DNA of 64,000 nt, taken from assembly GCA_010093605.1 (NCBI GenBank), contig MU004182.1, positions 124,001 through 188,000 on the forward strand, read 5' to 3'. Shown in pieces: positions 35,601 through 48,374 of the stretch. A program made the translations under genes and the position numbers. The notes beneath the pieces are model-generated. The model saw only the letters and a program-made list of their open reading frames with translations. It made no database searches and had not been told where the DNA came from. The first letter of the stretch is position 1. Every line of letters starts with the position of its first letter. The DNA comes from Lophium mytilinum (taxonomy: Eukaryota).

Positions 35601-37740
35601 AAGGTGGATACCTTACTGTATCCCGGACACTAACCCACCTGGCAATGCCTTGACCGCTCTCGGAGCTGCATCGTGTCGAGGCGTGCCGTCGCCCCACACT
35701 TGCGGGGACTGTCGGCGAGTCAGCAATGCATGCATACCCAGCTGCCCGGCACTTGGCCTACCCGCTCTCAGCCACAGCGGCCGTCGCGGGTGCGGTTGCC
35801 CTCGGTGGGAATTTCAAGATTTGAGGAGAATGCAAGCAATTCCTTGGCTCGTGAGTGGCTGAGATGCACAATTGATTACTTTTATGTACATAATTCACTA
35901 GGGCGGTTTTTGAATCTGGGATATGATATGCAGGTGTGAGTTATGCTGGACATTTAACAGGACAGGGTAGGCGGCGCGGTGTGATGGCGATGCAAGAGAT
36001 GGGGGATCGTGATGGGAGGTGTGACCTGAGATCTGGATTTGCAGGTTGAGATGAGATGGGGGATCGAGATGGGGAAATCGAGATCGAGATGCGATTTAGA
36101 ATGAGGTTGGTGAGTTTCTCCTTCTCGTTGAATATTTGCAAGCTTCAGAGTTGGCAATCTGTGCTCTATGAACACTAAACTCCACAGACAGCACGCATAT
36201 TTCTTTCTCACCCCCTTTACAAACCCAATCCTACCCTAGCCATCACAGCAACACAAAACAGGCCACCCACCTCAACACCAACCCCCCATCGCCAAGACTG
36301 ATCACCAGCCCACTTAAACCGGCCCAGCCAGAACCTCTCACAGCACTTTCATTCACCGTCGCGATGCATTCACCGTCGCCTCCCGTCTCGAGCCCTCCAC
36401 CACACAACTTACTTGCTTTTTCCCCCCCTCCACCCAACTTCGCCCACAAACCCGTCGCTCCCACACTCCCCAAACCACACCCAAAGCCGCCCCACCTACC
36501 GCCGCCATCCGCGCCTCCATTTCGGAACAATTAACGCCCATTCTCTTTTTCCCGTTCTAACCAATCCGCTCCGTCCGCGCGGCACTAAAGACCACTATCC
36601 ACGACCCCACCCCCCTGCAGCCGCATCTGCGACCGCTGCGACCCGGCCCAATCTGGACAAAACCCAGCGGGGGTCCCGCTGTCTTTCCCCCCAGTGGCCC
36701 CCCCATCCGTCATGCAATCACGCACATTAGCGCGTCCTGACAGCCCGCACCCCGTGTCCGCCCGTCGCTCGCGCACGCACGTAAGCCCTGGCCTTTTTTT
36801 CTTGGCTAGGCCCGCGGCTGCTTGTCACAGTGCGTTTTTTTCTTGCAGAGTGGGGCCACGGAATGCCAGAAGGTGAGTTGCAGTGAGGTTTGGTCATGTG
36901 AGCGGGAATTGGGTGGGGCGCGGTTTTTGTGTCTTAGATTTTGAGGGGGCTGGGGGGCTAAGGATTGGGTTGTTTAGGGGTCTCTTGTTTATGCTTTGGT
37001 TTGCCCATGTGTTGAAGTATTCGGTCTCGGGCAAGACGTTGACGTTGGGGCTCACGACATACTGCAGCTGAAGCTTGAATGGGAAGGCTCGGTAAGCTAA
37101 AGCGGTGTAGATAAGTCGCAATTTCGTACCGCTCCGTCCCAGATCCCTGGGATTTTCTTCCTTTTCACGGCACGCGGGACACATCATGCCAGAAACACAT
37201 CTGGTGGAGATTATATTGTTTACTTAGCGGGTTTCTGATTGGGCTGTGCAGGACCTATTTTTCCACAACAGGGGGCGGTTCAACTAAGCTACTGTGGCGC
37301 ATGTCCGTGCTCAGGGCGGTGCTGGCGGGTATCGCGGTGTCCCAACGCCCGAATGAGGGTTACGGGAAGTTCCGTACTGCAACGCGGCTCAGCAAGACGC
37401 AAAGGATGAACTGCTTTGTTGCCTCTCTAGGAAGTTGGACGGCGACGGCCACGGCGCCGCGACAGACCGCGGCAAGTGCTGCGGCCACGAAGATACCTCG
37501 GAGCAGTTCCGGGACCAGTCGTCGCAGGAAAGTGCGCTCAACTCTTGGATCTATCGCCCTCAACAACTCGTATACTCGCTAGGCGGCATCTGATTGATAC
37601 GATGAGAGTGTCGCAGAGACGTCGATCCCTGTGAGGTATGCTACAACGTGCGTTGTCGAAGAGAAGGGGAACCAACCGTGAAGACATGACGTCCCAAGTC
37701 TCATACAGGGTCATTTGCTTTTTATGAGACCGAACCCCAT

Positions 37741-38817
37741 TCAACCACCCCCGAGTCGCATCCGAAATGTATCCAGTGCGCCGCTAAAGTTGGTGCCGAG
37801 GGATGCACTCGCCGCATTGCTTGCGCCGCTAGATCGAGCCATCAAGTTCGCCGAATGCGTTTCGTGCTCCTCCCAGAGCGTATCCAGGATATGCAGGTCG
37901 GCTATCACCACCTGACCAGAGTTGAGTGCATCGAGCAGATCTGCACCTGGTCCAGATGGTCTCGTGCTGGCATCCTCCGCTGTCGGTAATAGCTCGTCTT
38001 CTTCGTCAGGCTCTTGTCCGATGTCGGAAAATGTATCTGTTCTTCGCAAAACGCCACGTTCTTCAGCATCTGCGTCCTGTTCCGGATCCCGCGGCGCGTC
38101 TGCGGTCTCCCCAACTGGCGCTGGGGTTGGAGTAATATCTGTCCCCGACGGCTTAGGTAGACGTTTCTTCAAGTTCCGCCTCTTGACATGCACTGACAGC
38201 ATAACAAGCTGCAACACCATCACGGATATATCCAATGCTGCGAGATGGAACTTCGACGAGGGTCCCTGCTGCCCAATGAAATCTATAATCATGCCTCCAT
38301 GCAAATATCCCCGGGTATCTTCGCCGGCTGATGGTCGCGGAAAGGTCAGGTGTAGGAGCGAACAGGTAATGTAAGGAGCTAGTATGAGGGGCAGAAATGC
38401 CCTCTGTTCTTCTCGTGGTGGTACGACCATCAAGTCGGGAAGGGGGGTAAGGGTGAACAAATGCAGGCACCCGCGTATGAACAACCAGAAGAACGAACAG
38501 CTATAACCAAACTTTCATTAGCATGGAGAGAAGGATACAAATCTCGGATGAGGCGGCTCCGTATTGGTTGAAGCTTACTCCATGTAGTAAATCGTGATGA
38601 GCTGGAGATAAATCAACATGTCCAGTTCCCGAAGCAAACCATCCAGAAATGCTATTCGTTTCCGCTTTCCCGTGCTCTTCCTATACGAAGCGCTTTCTTC
38701 TTCCCTCGACCGCAGTATAGCTTCATCTTCGATACTGTCGTCTACGTTCGCGGTGCTGTCGGCTTCGGGGGTCTCATGACGTGGTAGCGCGGCAGAGGAC
38801 GAAGCCCCCTCGTTCAT
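37741..38817 (-). CDS. DUF1746 membrane protein (Dsc4/Vld1-like, DSC ubiquitin-ligase associated)
   Basis: Intron 38578-38501 gives LLRELDMLIY..YYMDCSFFWLFIR. Contains RGYLHGGMIIDFIGQ. Confidence 0.85.
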
Positions 38818-39156
38818 GGCGCGGCAAAAAGGGCGTGAGAGGGCGCGAGCATGTAACTCAAACGGCTAGAATTCCGAGGTGTTGAGGAGATGGACCCTTG
38901 ATTGTATATTCCGATGTTCACCACCAGGCACACCATGATCCGCGGTTGATGTTCAAGGCTTCTTGGCAAAAGCGATGACATAATCGATCTTTCGACTTCA
39001 TTGCGGCATGACGGCCATGCACTTCCTCACATCGAACCCGATCAAACCTCAAAGCCTATCAATATTTGGCTGGTACCCGCGAGTTAGAGGATAACCCAGC
39101 TTAAAAAGCACTTTGAGAAAACAATTCGATCAAACTAATCGCACACCTCCGCCATC

Positions 39157-39856
39157 ATGTCGGGAGAATCACCCCTCCCCTCCTCCTTCGACGGCAATGC
39201 GTAAGTATATACCAATGAATGCCTAATCTATCTCCTCCCTCACAGCACAAACTCGCCTCTCAATTCTACCCTAGCGCTATGCTAACTTCGTCAGCGACTT
39301 CTACAATGAAAACCGCGCCGAGAAATTCTTCCGCCGCCTCCGCGAAGAACCCCTCGTCCCCCTCGGCTGCGCCCTCACCGTCGCCGCCCTAATCGGCGCC
39401 ACCCGCTCTATCCGCCGCGGCGACGGCAACCGCACGAATATCATGTTCCGCCGCCGCATCTACGCGCAAGGCTTCACCATCGTCGCTATGCTGGCTGGCA
39501 GTATATACTACCAGGAGGACCGCAATAAAAGGAAGGAGTACGAGGGCGCGGTGGCCGAGAAGCTGCGGCTAGAGAAGCGGGATAAGTGGATTAGGGAGCT
39601 CGAGGTTAGAGATGAGGAGGAGAAGGCGATGAAGGCGCAGGTCGCGAGGAGGAGGGCGAGGAGGGAGGGGCGGGATGAGCTGGGGAATCTGAGGGAGACG
39701 GCGCAGGGGGTGGGGGAGAGTGTGAAGGAGGCCGCTGCGGAGGGGGTCGCTAAGGGCGAGAAGTTGATGGAGGATGCGGGGGAGAAGGCGGAGGAGGGGA
39801 AGAAGGAGGGGAAAGGGGTGTTGCAGTCGGTCAAAGACCTAGTAGGTGGGAAATGA
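39157..39856 (+). CDS. RCF1: Respiratory supercomplex factor 1 (HIG1 domain)
   Basis: Intron 39201-39294. Motifs PLPSSFD, RRLREEPLVPLG, MFRRRIYAQGFT and KWIRELEVRDEE. Divergent from the DUF1746 gene across ~340 bp. Confidence 0.93.
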
Positions 39857-41026
39857 GTGAAGATGATCGTGGAAAAAACTGTCGGATTCAAGCGGAGTCT
39901 GGCGTTCCTGTGTTAGTACGTTGTAACCTTCGCTGTAAGTATTAGCTTCGCGGCTGAAGTTTGTATATATTTTGTTCGAATTCTTGGGTTACCTCACTCA
40001 ATTGTACATACGAGAAGGAAAAGCGGTTGGTTGTCGTGTGCTTTTGAGTAACTTGTATCTATGTAGTAAGTTCTTCTTCCTTTTCATCAACCCTTCATTT
40101 TCATATCAAAAGGTCTCAATCCGTCCAATTTCCCCTTGGTAACATGGTTGAACCATTTGTTCCCTCCCCAGGGATCACAAGTCGAAGTACAATGCAACGA
40201 GCTATGAGCTCCATCCGAGGAAATATACAGATCACCGTATGGCGAGTCTATTGAGTAGGGTCAGGCGCTGAGTGGTCGCAATACGATGGGTGAAAACAAG
40301 GCGCTCCTCAGATGTGGTGGTATTAGGGTGACGCCTTGAAATTACCAATCACGAAAAACGAGGCTTCCGGCGGTTTTTTCTTTCGCCCGAGGTGTCATAG
40401 ATATTTACCTACTGTCACAGAGTTTCAAGGACGACTCCTGTTAAGTTCCCCGGGTACCTACCTTGATATACATTTCTGATTTGCAGCCTCGAACTTCGTT
40501 ACTTATCACGATAAAGCTTCCATGGGCCAGGGGGGAATCAAACGCCTGTCCACGTCCGCACCGCCTGAGCACTACCATTGCAATTCACCACCTCCATCTT
40601 GTGCAATACTACATAGGGCGTGGTGTTGGCGGTCTCAGTTGATGGTCGCTTAAATCGACCTGGCGGCTAACACGCTCGCTCTTTATTTTTGAAAGTGCGT
40701 TGAAGGAATGTAAACAGCGGTAGGCTAGCAGCGCATCTTTCATCAGTTGAGTCTATATTAGTTATGCAAGTCATCATGGGGGCCAACATGCGATGGGTAA
40801 ACTCAAGCCGATGTGCCCGGCTTTAGACGAGTTAGTGAATACTAGGGAAGATGAAGCATCTCCAACGGCTTGGCAAATTGCGTTGCTTCAGTCTCTATAA
40901 ACTACTCGGTCTTACTACTAGGCCTTGTTCTATAGTTAGTCCACCGCCTTTACTTCTGTAGACTTAAACACACTGACTCTAATTGCCTTCACTACTATAA
41001 TACCCCATACACTACCGCCTCCCACT

Positions 41027-42836
41027 ATGGCCGAGGACAGCCCCGATGAAAAGCAAAAGACCTCCATTTACGCGACAGTGCCGGTAGAGCGTGACGCTGT
41101 CTACAAAGCCTTCGAAGCCGCGGGAAGGTTTGGTGGGGGTTACGCAGAAGACACAACATTCCCCTTTGACTATAGCGTTGTTAAAGGCGTGAAGAGCTTC
41201 ATTGGGAAGTCTATCGCCGCCACGATTCGTCATCTTCGGGGCCGCTATACCTACGCCCCGTAAGTGCTTTTCCCCTTTCGATCTGGCTGGAACAAACTGA
41301 CCTGCAAGCAAAGTGACCTCTTCATTGTCATCGATAAGCTTCAGTGGCCTGTCGTTCCTCCTCTTGAAGTAAGTGTCGTATCCTCGAAGCCTTGCCGAGT
41401 CATTCTGGCTCAACTTTGATACTCTTCTACCCTCTCCTCCCGTTGCTGACAACTCAACAAAGCCTGGTCCTCCGCGCCCCCGTAAACGCAACAACCCCAG
41501 CAGCGCCTACTCCAAACACAACCAAGATCTCCTCCTTGTCTGGAACAACTTCGCCGGCTTTCCCGACGCTCTACGACTGGATTTGGATCGCACGATCGGA
41601 TGTTGCATCCTCGCTGAGCTCCACGGCGGACCGCACACAGACTGGGGTGACTGGCTGAGGGACGCAGGTAGTGCTAAGGAGAAAAACTCATCCCCACTGC
41701 TCGCTACTAACACCCATCACTCTTCCTCCCCGATGGCGACACACGACTCTGAAAACGGCTCCGAGGACGACGACTTTTTCTATCTGATCTACGCAACGGT
41801 GGAAATCGACCGTGACGCAGTCCAGAAAGTCTTCCACGACGCAGATAGGCAAGTAGAACAGATTGAAGAGGGTGAAGACTGGGAGAGTATTTTCAGAGTT
41901 CTTGAGAATGTGAACTTCGTTGGAAGTTCAGTCGCGGAGACTATATGCCATTGGCAGGTTCATAAGGACAAATCCCCAGGGCAAGTACCCTTCTCAGATC
42001 CTCCTACTCAGCTTTGAGATTAACCTAACCCAGAAACTTTCTCTTCATTGTCATCGACACGCCTCAATGGCCCTCTGCTCCTCCACTTGAAGTAAGTAGA
42101 TAATGTTGTTCGTTTCTGTTTCAAGCCGCTCCACTATATTTCCGTATTCTCTCCTTTCACTGCTGAGAAGTCAAAGGCAGCCCTAGAGACGGGCTCTCCA
42201 CCCCCTGAGACCGAGAAGCAGGCATCCACACCCTACCCAGATCTCCTCGTCGTCTACAACGACTTTGATGGGTTCCCAGACGCCATGCGTCACAGCCTAG
42301 AAGGAGCTATTGGCGAGGTCTTGCGTCTCGAAACCATTGGGCGCCCAGACTGGTCCACTTCGCTCATAGGCATGTCCGAACCTGATCCAGATCTCCGCGG
42401 TTGGAGCGACAAACCGGAAGCGAAGTTCGCATGCTACAGTCTGGTCGGCGACAGCTCGCGCGAAGACTTTACGAGCGCTCTCGACAAGATGAATTCCGGC
42501 ATCCGAGGCAGACGGGATGTGTACATGGCTCGCATCTGTGTTGACGCTGCCAACACGGGAGGAAGCGATGAACACATCAAGGACATCGTCGAAGTCCACA
42601 GCGAGAAAGCGAGGGATCTTGACGCCCATCCTGATTGGTTCGCTGTCGTTGAGCAGACCTCGCTGAGCACCAATACGGTCACGTTGGTTTATAAAGGATT
42701 TGGAGAAGCGGGATATGATCACTGCCCGGTGCCGGTTGAGTGGGCTGGAGAGGTTCTGCGCTGGCTCGGGATCGGGTTCTGTCGCTGGCGTGAGTGGAAT
42801 GAACTGATGGAGCTAGAGGCTCCGGTCGAGGATTAG
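41027..42836 (+). CDS. Hypothetical protein built from a tandemly duplicated exon-intron module (~507 aa)
   Basis: Exons 41027-41259, 41314-41368, 41463-41980, 42034-42091 and 42177-42836 sum to 508 codons. Repeated motifs IYATV, LFIVID..QWP..PPLE and DLL.V.N.F.GFPDA.R. Confidence 0.7.
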
Positions 42837-44036
42837 CAGATGGTGCTGGGGCATCACATTTGATGTCAGTTCCGAAATGCCGTCAGTTTGTTAGTATCAT
42901 GGGTAGGCTACGACGGCAAGCTAGGTAGATGCTCAGTCTCTAGGCTGATTGGCGGCAATAGCGGTATATCTGGAGGACATTTGCTCTAATTCCTTCACAG
43001 GAGGCTTCCCTACTGGGGGCTTGCTCGACACTGACGAAAATTTGAATAACTCTAAAGATTCATCGATTTCATCAGCATAAGTGCCTTGATGTGTTCTGCT
43101 CAAGTATCAATGTACCGAAATGAAAAGACCAGATGCCTCTCTTGCTTCCGCAACCAATACTAAGACTTTCCTCTCCCCAGTACGCTCAATACGTCCATGA
43201 ATCCGCATCACGTTTACTATAAGAATTGCTTGACGAACCTACAAATTAGACATTCAAGTTGCGCAGTTCTAATATTACTGGTTAAAAAATGGTGACTAAA
43301 GAAGTCACGAGACAAGCGCATGAAGAGCTAAGTTCTGCATGGGTTTCATATAGCAGCACTATCGAAGTGGCCTCGTCTGTGAAGGGAGCAAAGTCTGAGA
43401 GCATTCAAGCCATGAACATGTTTTAGATGCAGGAAGTCCAATGAAATGGTTGTCGTCGTAAGGTTGTGGAGTGGAGGAAACGCCTTTACGCGTCTAGGCG
43501 CTCAACCCTTTTAGTCGGGCTTCTGATGTCACACCAGGCAAGTGAGACAATCTATTCCCTAGAAGGCCCGATGGGCGCATGGCTAGCGTTATAGTGGTCG
43601 ATCAAAACAGAGTGTTTCTTCACATTTTTCAGCTGTTCTTATCGTGGGATGCCTGAACACAGCTTACACATGTTTACTTGAAGTTCCTCAAGGATGGAAT
43701 ACACGCAAAGTGTGAAAATTGAAAAGAGAGAAGTTAACAACAATCGAGAGAATGGCAAGTGGTCGAGCAAGGGATGGAATAGGAGAAAGCCAATGTGAAT
43801 CGACACAGGGATCAGCGCAAGCGACCGAGCCGCTGTCGTCATTCCTCAGCGCGTGTCACTAGTTCTGCCCGGTTTGTCGACCGCGGACCCAGCCTCACTG
43901 CCATTCGCCAGCGTGTCTGGAAGGCCCGTCGTCAGATAAACATGCTTTCGATTTTCCCAGGGTCCAAGGAGGTCGTCTTTTCTGCTGTCACGACGCCTCC
44001 ATCTGGTAACCTCAACCTCAACATCAACCTCCCCAG

Positions 44037-46410
44037 ATGGACCGCCTCAAAAGTGCCGCGAAGACGACACGCGACAAACTCACCACGACCAAGAAGGAAG
44101 ACCAACCCAGTGCGTCTTTGACTGTGCCGTACGCAAATGCACCCGCACACGACGGTACCAGCACGACAGGAGTCAACGATGGAGTTATCGGTCCACGACC
44201 AGCGATAGCAGTGGAAGACTTCGCTGCAGCGCCGCCTGCTCAGTCTCCACGGTCGCCTGTCAATGTCCACAAGCCTCTGCCTACTTCTCCAGATGCAATC
44301 GATGCTGCGGTTAGAAAGACTGTATCGAGTCCATCGAGGTGAATGTCTTCGCAACTCTAAGTACGATTGGAGATTAATCTTTACCCCTTAGCTCTGTCCA
44401 AGACCCTTCGAAGCTCACAGTACCAGCACGGGAGAGCAGCCTACCGAAGCCTATCCAGAAGCTGTACAACAAGAGACCCAACGCAGGACCTCGGCAGCCC
44501 AGTATTGGAATTCGGCGGTTGCCCTCAGCACAGTCGATAGGCCGTATAAATACGCAAGGTGGACAGAATGTGAACGCACTACGACCAGCGGCTAGTGTGC
44601 CGCGTTTGAATACTGTGGACGAAGACTCATCGACTCGGACTGGATCAGAGGATGGAAAGCAGACGCCTGAAGACTCAACCCTCTGGACGAGGCTACGACA
44701 CGGAGTGCAGACCAAATTAGGTCGAAGAACTGCAGACAACGGCAAGGGCCCCGCCCCGACTGTGTCTTGCAACGACTACGATGCGAGCATGGTGGATGTC
44801 CTTGACACTGTTGGTAGGTCCATCGACATCAACCTCGCTCTAAACCAGTTCTAACTTGTCTTTAGATCCAGAAGTGGCGACTCTCACATCTCTGACGAAC
44901 GTCCAAAACTCTCTTTTCATCCCCCAACTTGGTAAATGGATCAATCGAAGGCCTACTTACAATCTGCGACCCAGGCCGACCCAGATGGACGAGATCGATG
45001 AGTTTGACGAAGAGGTTGCTGGTGCTGTGGGAGATGCCGAGAGGCGTGAAAAGCGGAGAGGAGCAGCCCCGAGTCTACGACGCCTGGAAACCGACACCCA
45101 AACTATCGCGACAATCGACTCCCGATTGAGTGACTCACGCTTCGCCGTATTGCCAGAAGGACGTGACCTCAGAGGGTGGAGTGTAGACGACAAGAAGGAG
45201 CTCAACGATCACGTGCGGCACATGCTTCATTCGAAGAGGTCGCGATTCAAGCGACAGATGAGAGGTTTTGGGCAGTATATTCGAAGACGTAAGCCGCCTC
45301 ACATCAACTCAAGTGGAAAGTAGCTAACAACCGAGCAGCACTTGGTTTTCTTGTCACTCTTTACGCATTTCTTATCACTGTTTTCGGCCTTGCCTGGGTT
45401 CTATTCTTGATCGGTATGTATTCTTGAATTAGGAACCAATGGGCTTCAGCTAATTGTGGATGCTAGGTTGGATCAATGTCGGAGGAAGGCAAATCTACCT
45501 AGTCAATGTTATCGACAACATCATGGTTGCCCTCTTCGCTGTGGTCGGTGACGGCCTTGCACCATTCCGAGCAGTCGACACCTACCATATGGCCTTCATC
45601 GCGCGCTACCACCATCTTACCTGGAAACGCCGAGACCACGAAATGCTTCCTGAGCTCCGCGATCACAACGATCTCCCTGCCACCAACGCTCCGGTCAAGC
45701 CGCACGAAACCGACGCTGACGTTGAACAAGCGCCGTGGGAGTTCACGATGCTGAGTCCGAAACAACAAGCCAAACTAGAGCACCACCAGACCAAATTCTC
45801 TAACTCTCATACTTTCTACAAGCCACACGAGACCGAGACGCATTTTGCATTCCCCTTACGTTTGCTGGTAGCTGTCGTTGTGCTGCTAGACTGCCACTCC
45901 TTGTTTCAGATTGCTCTTGGTGCATGCACGTGGGGCATCTACTATAAAAGACGGCCGTTCGCGTTGACGACTGTCATCCTTTGCTGCTCGATCACGTGCA
46001 ATGCCACTGCTGGTCTATTGATTTTGATTGGCGACAAGAGGACCCGAAAGAAGGACGTCTTGGAACGTATGAACCGTCAAGAATTGACTGAAGAAGCTAT
46101 GGACATTATTATGGAGAAGAAAGAAAAAGAAAAAGAGGAAAGGGAGAGGGAGGAGGAATCGGATTTAGACACTCAGCCGGGGCACTCCAAGCACGGGAGT
46201 GGCGTGGGTCTGATGGACAAGATTCGGAGTCCTACGGATGTTGACAAACGAGGAAGTGGTGCGGGTCTAATAGAGAAATTGCGCATCCCGACGGAGAGCG
46301 AGAAACGAGGGAGTGGGGCAGGCCTGAAGGACAAGTTGCGGAGCCCGACGGATGGTGAGAAGCGAGGAAGCGGTGCTGGGCTTAAAGATAGGATTGGATT
46401 GAAGAGGTGA
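44037..46410 (+). CDS. Multi-exon integral membrane protein, DUF2985-like
   Basis: ORF pieces are separated by GT..AG introns. Conserved-looking blocks DPEVATLTSLTNVQNSLFIP, LNDHVRHMLHS, VVGDGLAPFRAVDTYHM, SHTFYKPHET and LLDCHS, plus several TM helices. Confidence 0.75.
46195..46395 (+). repeat. 57-bp (19-aa) coding tandem repeat, 3.5 copies
   Basis: GSGVGLMDKIRSPTDVDKR / GSGAGLIEKLRIPTESEKR / GSGAGLKDKLRSPTDGEKR / GSGAGLKDRI. Confidence 0.9.
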
Positions 46411-47645
46411 TATTGAGATAGAGCCGGAGTAGAAGTCGACTCGAGGTGGTAATGATAGAGTAGTGTATATATCCAATCACATGCCTTATACGGCAATGCC
46501 TTTTACGACACTATATTCTCTTGGGCAAAGCCAGAATAGTCATTCTCATCAAACTCTCCTACTCCCTAGGATCCGGCATCCCAGTCCATTCTAAGCATTA
46601 CGTCTTAAAGATACTTGCAATGATGCTTTTAACGCTGATGACGTGACGTATTACACACATTCCACACCAAGACAGGAAATTTCCCAACAACGTTCAGCTT
46701 CCATTCTAAATAGCCAGAGCCGAAAATTAATCAGATCATTAAGAACTAGGGACAACAAGCACAGATGAAGCTTAATCGCTAGTGCCCGACATGCCCATGG
46801 ATTGCGAGACAGCTGGCAAGTCTTGGCGGCCCTTAGGTAAGGGTGACAACAAAGTTGGAACCTCATTCCCCTCCCTTCCGTCTCCAACCACCCATCATCA
46901 TCTCATCTCCACATCATGTTCACGTGCAAAGTCCTCGAAGCATCAACGGCCATTCGGAAAAGTTCCCTGCTCCATCTGCGGGGTCGCTCATCGTACCCAT
47001 TTTCGAGGTGATCACAAGAACCAGGCCTTCCGAAGCCTGATAGCATGATTCGACGTACCAAGTTTTGGGCCTGCGCCTCACCGTGCAAGATTCTGCGTGC
47101 CGAAAGCCTAATGTGGCGCGCGTCTGCCAGGTTATTGGCTGGCCACGACGACAGCGACGCGTGCAAGATCACCTGCTGGCATGCTGCCTGTCCAGCGACC
47201 TTGGCTTCTGCGTTTCAGCCAGGATGACCGGTCCTGACGAGAATTCGAGATGAGGTCGGTAGGCACGGCAGGATGGGTTGTGCAGGTAAAACAAGGCCGA
47301 CGGGTTCTTGTGGCACGCTGCAGGGCCAATGGGATGATGGAGGACTGGGGACCACGAGATTTGGCACAGCGCGGCCAGCTACGTGGCGGACTTCCTGACA
47401 TGGTGTGACTAACCTCTGGGACTGACGTCGTTGTTTGTTGGTGGTGTTTAATTGGGTTCTTAAGGGGTGGAGGGCCTCGCTCGTTTGGTGGGCAAACAAA
47501 GAGCACAGCACAGCAAGTGAACATCTGTTTCCGCTTGCATCAATTTCACTTTCTTGACTTCATTGCCAACAATACCTATTAAGCAGCTCTCACTGCAAAA
47601 CTTTTTGGGACAACAGACTTCTTAGTTGCACTGAAGTAGTCGACC

Positions 47646-48374
47646 ATGATTCTCTCACGCCTGGTATCAATCTTCCTTCGCTTCGGCGAATTCGTGTGCG
47701 CTGCGGTAAGTAACTCTTCACACTATACCCTCTTCTACCACTGTCTACAGTGCTCCAACGTACTATTCATATTCCCACGTGGAAGCTTTGTCCTTTCGAA
47801 CGATCGTGGCGCCCACCACAGCACCATCTCAGACGATGCCGCGCTCGAATTCCCTTGAACAAACCACTAATCGTGCATATCTAGGTCGTCCTAGGACTAA
47901 GCGCCAACTTCCTCCATCAATATCACAAATATGGTGTCGGTCCCGAGGGCCGCGAGATCTACGCCGTAATCATCTCCACCCTCAGCGTGCTCCTCGCCCT
48001 CATCTGGCTCCTCCCTTTCACGTCCCAGTTCATGCACTACCCCTTCGACCTCTTCATCTCAGCCGCCTGGTTCGCTGCGTTCGGTGTCTTCGTCAATTGG
48101 ATCCACAAGCTACCGTGCGGAGGCATCTGGCACTGGAGCGGACTCGCGAATGGCGGGTATTGTAGCCAGTGGAAGGCGGCGGAGGCTTTCAGTTTCATTG
48201 GCGCATGCTTCTGGCTTGCGAGTGCGCTTTTGGTGAGTCTTCTATATATGTGAGAATGTTGGAGATAAACTGACAGTGGTGTAGGGACTCTATGTCTATC
48301 ATAAGCTTGGCAATCGGAATGCGACTACTGATGGTACCACCCACCGCCGTCGCTGGGGCAGGTCGCACGTCTAA
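47646..48374 (+). CDS. MARVEL-domain membrane protein (165 aa)
   Basis: Exons 47646-47705, 47885-48232 and 48285-48374. Four TM segments with LRFGEFVCAAVVLGL, DLFISAAWFAAFG and CSQWKAAEAFSF. Confidence 0.88.

Noticed and set aside
35990..36100. GAGAT-rich degenerate repeat
   Set aside because: Simple low-complexity intergenic sequence with no regular repeat-spacer structure.
40520..40590. Weak resemblance to a reverse-strand tRNA (ggggaatcaaac)
   Set aside because: No cloverleaf or intact T-arm could be folded.
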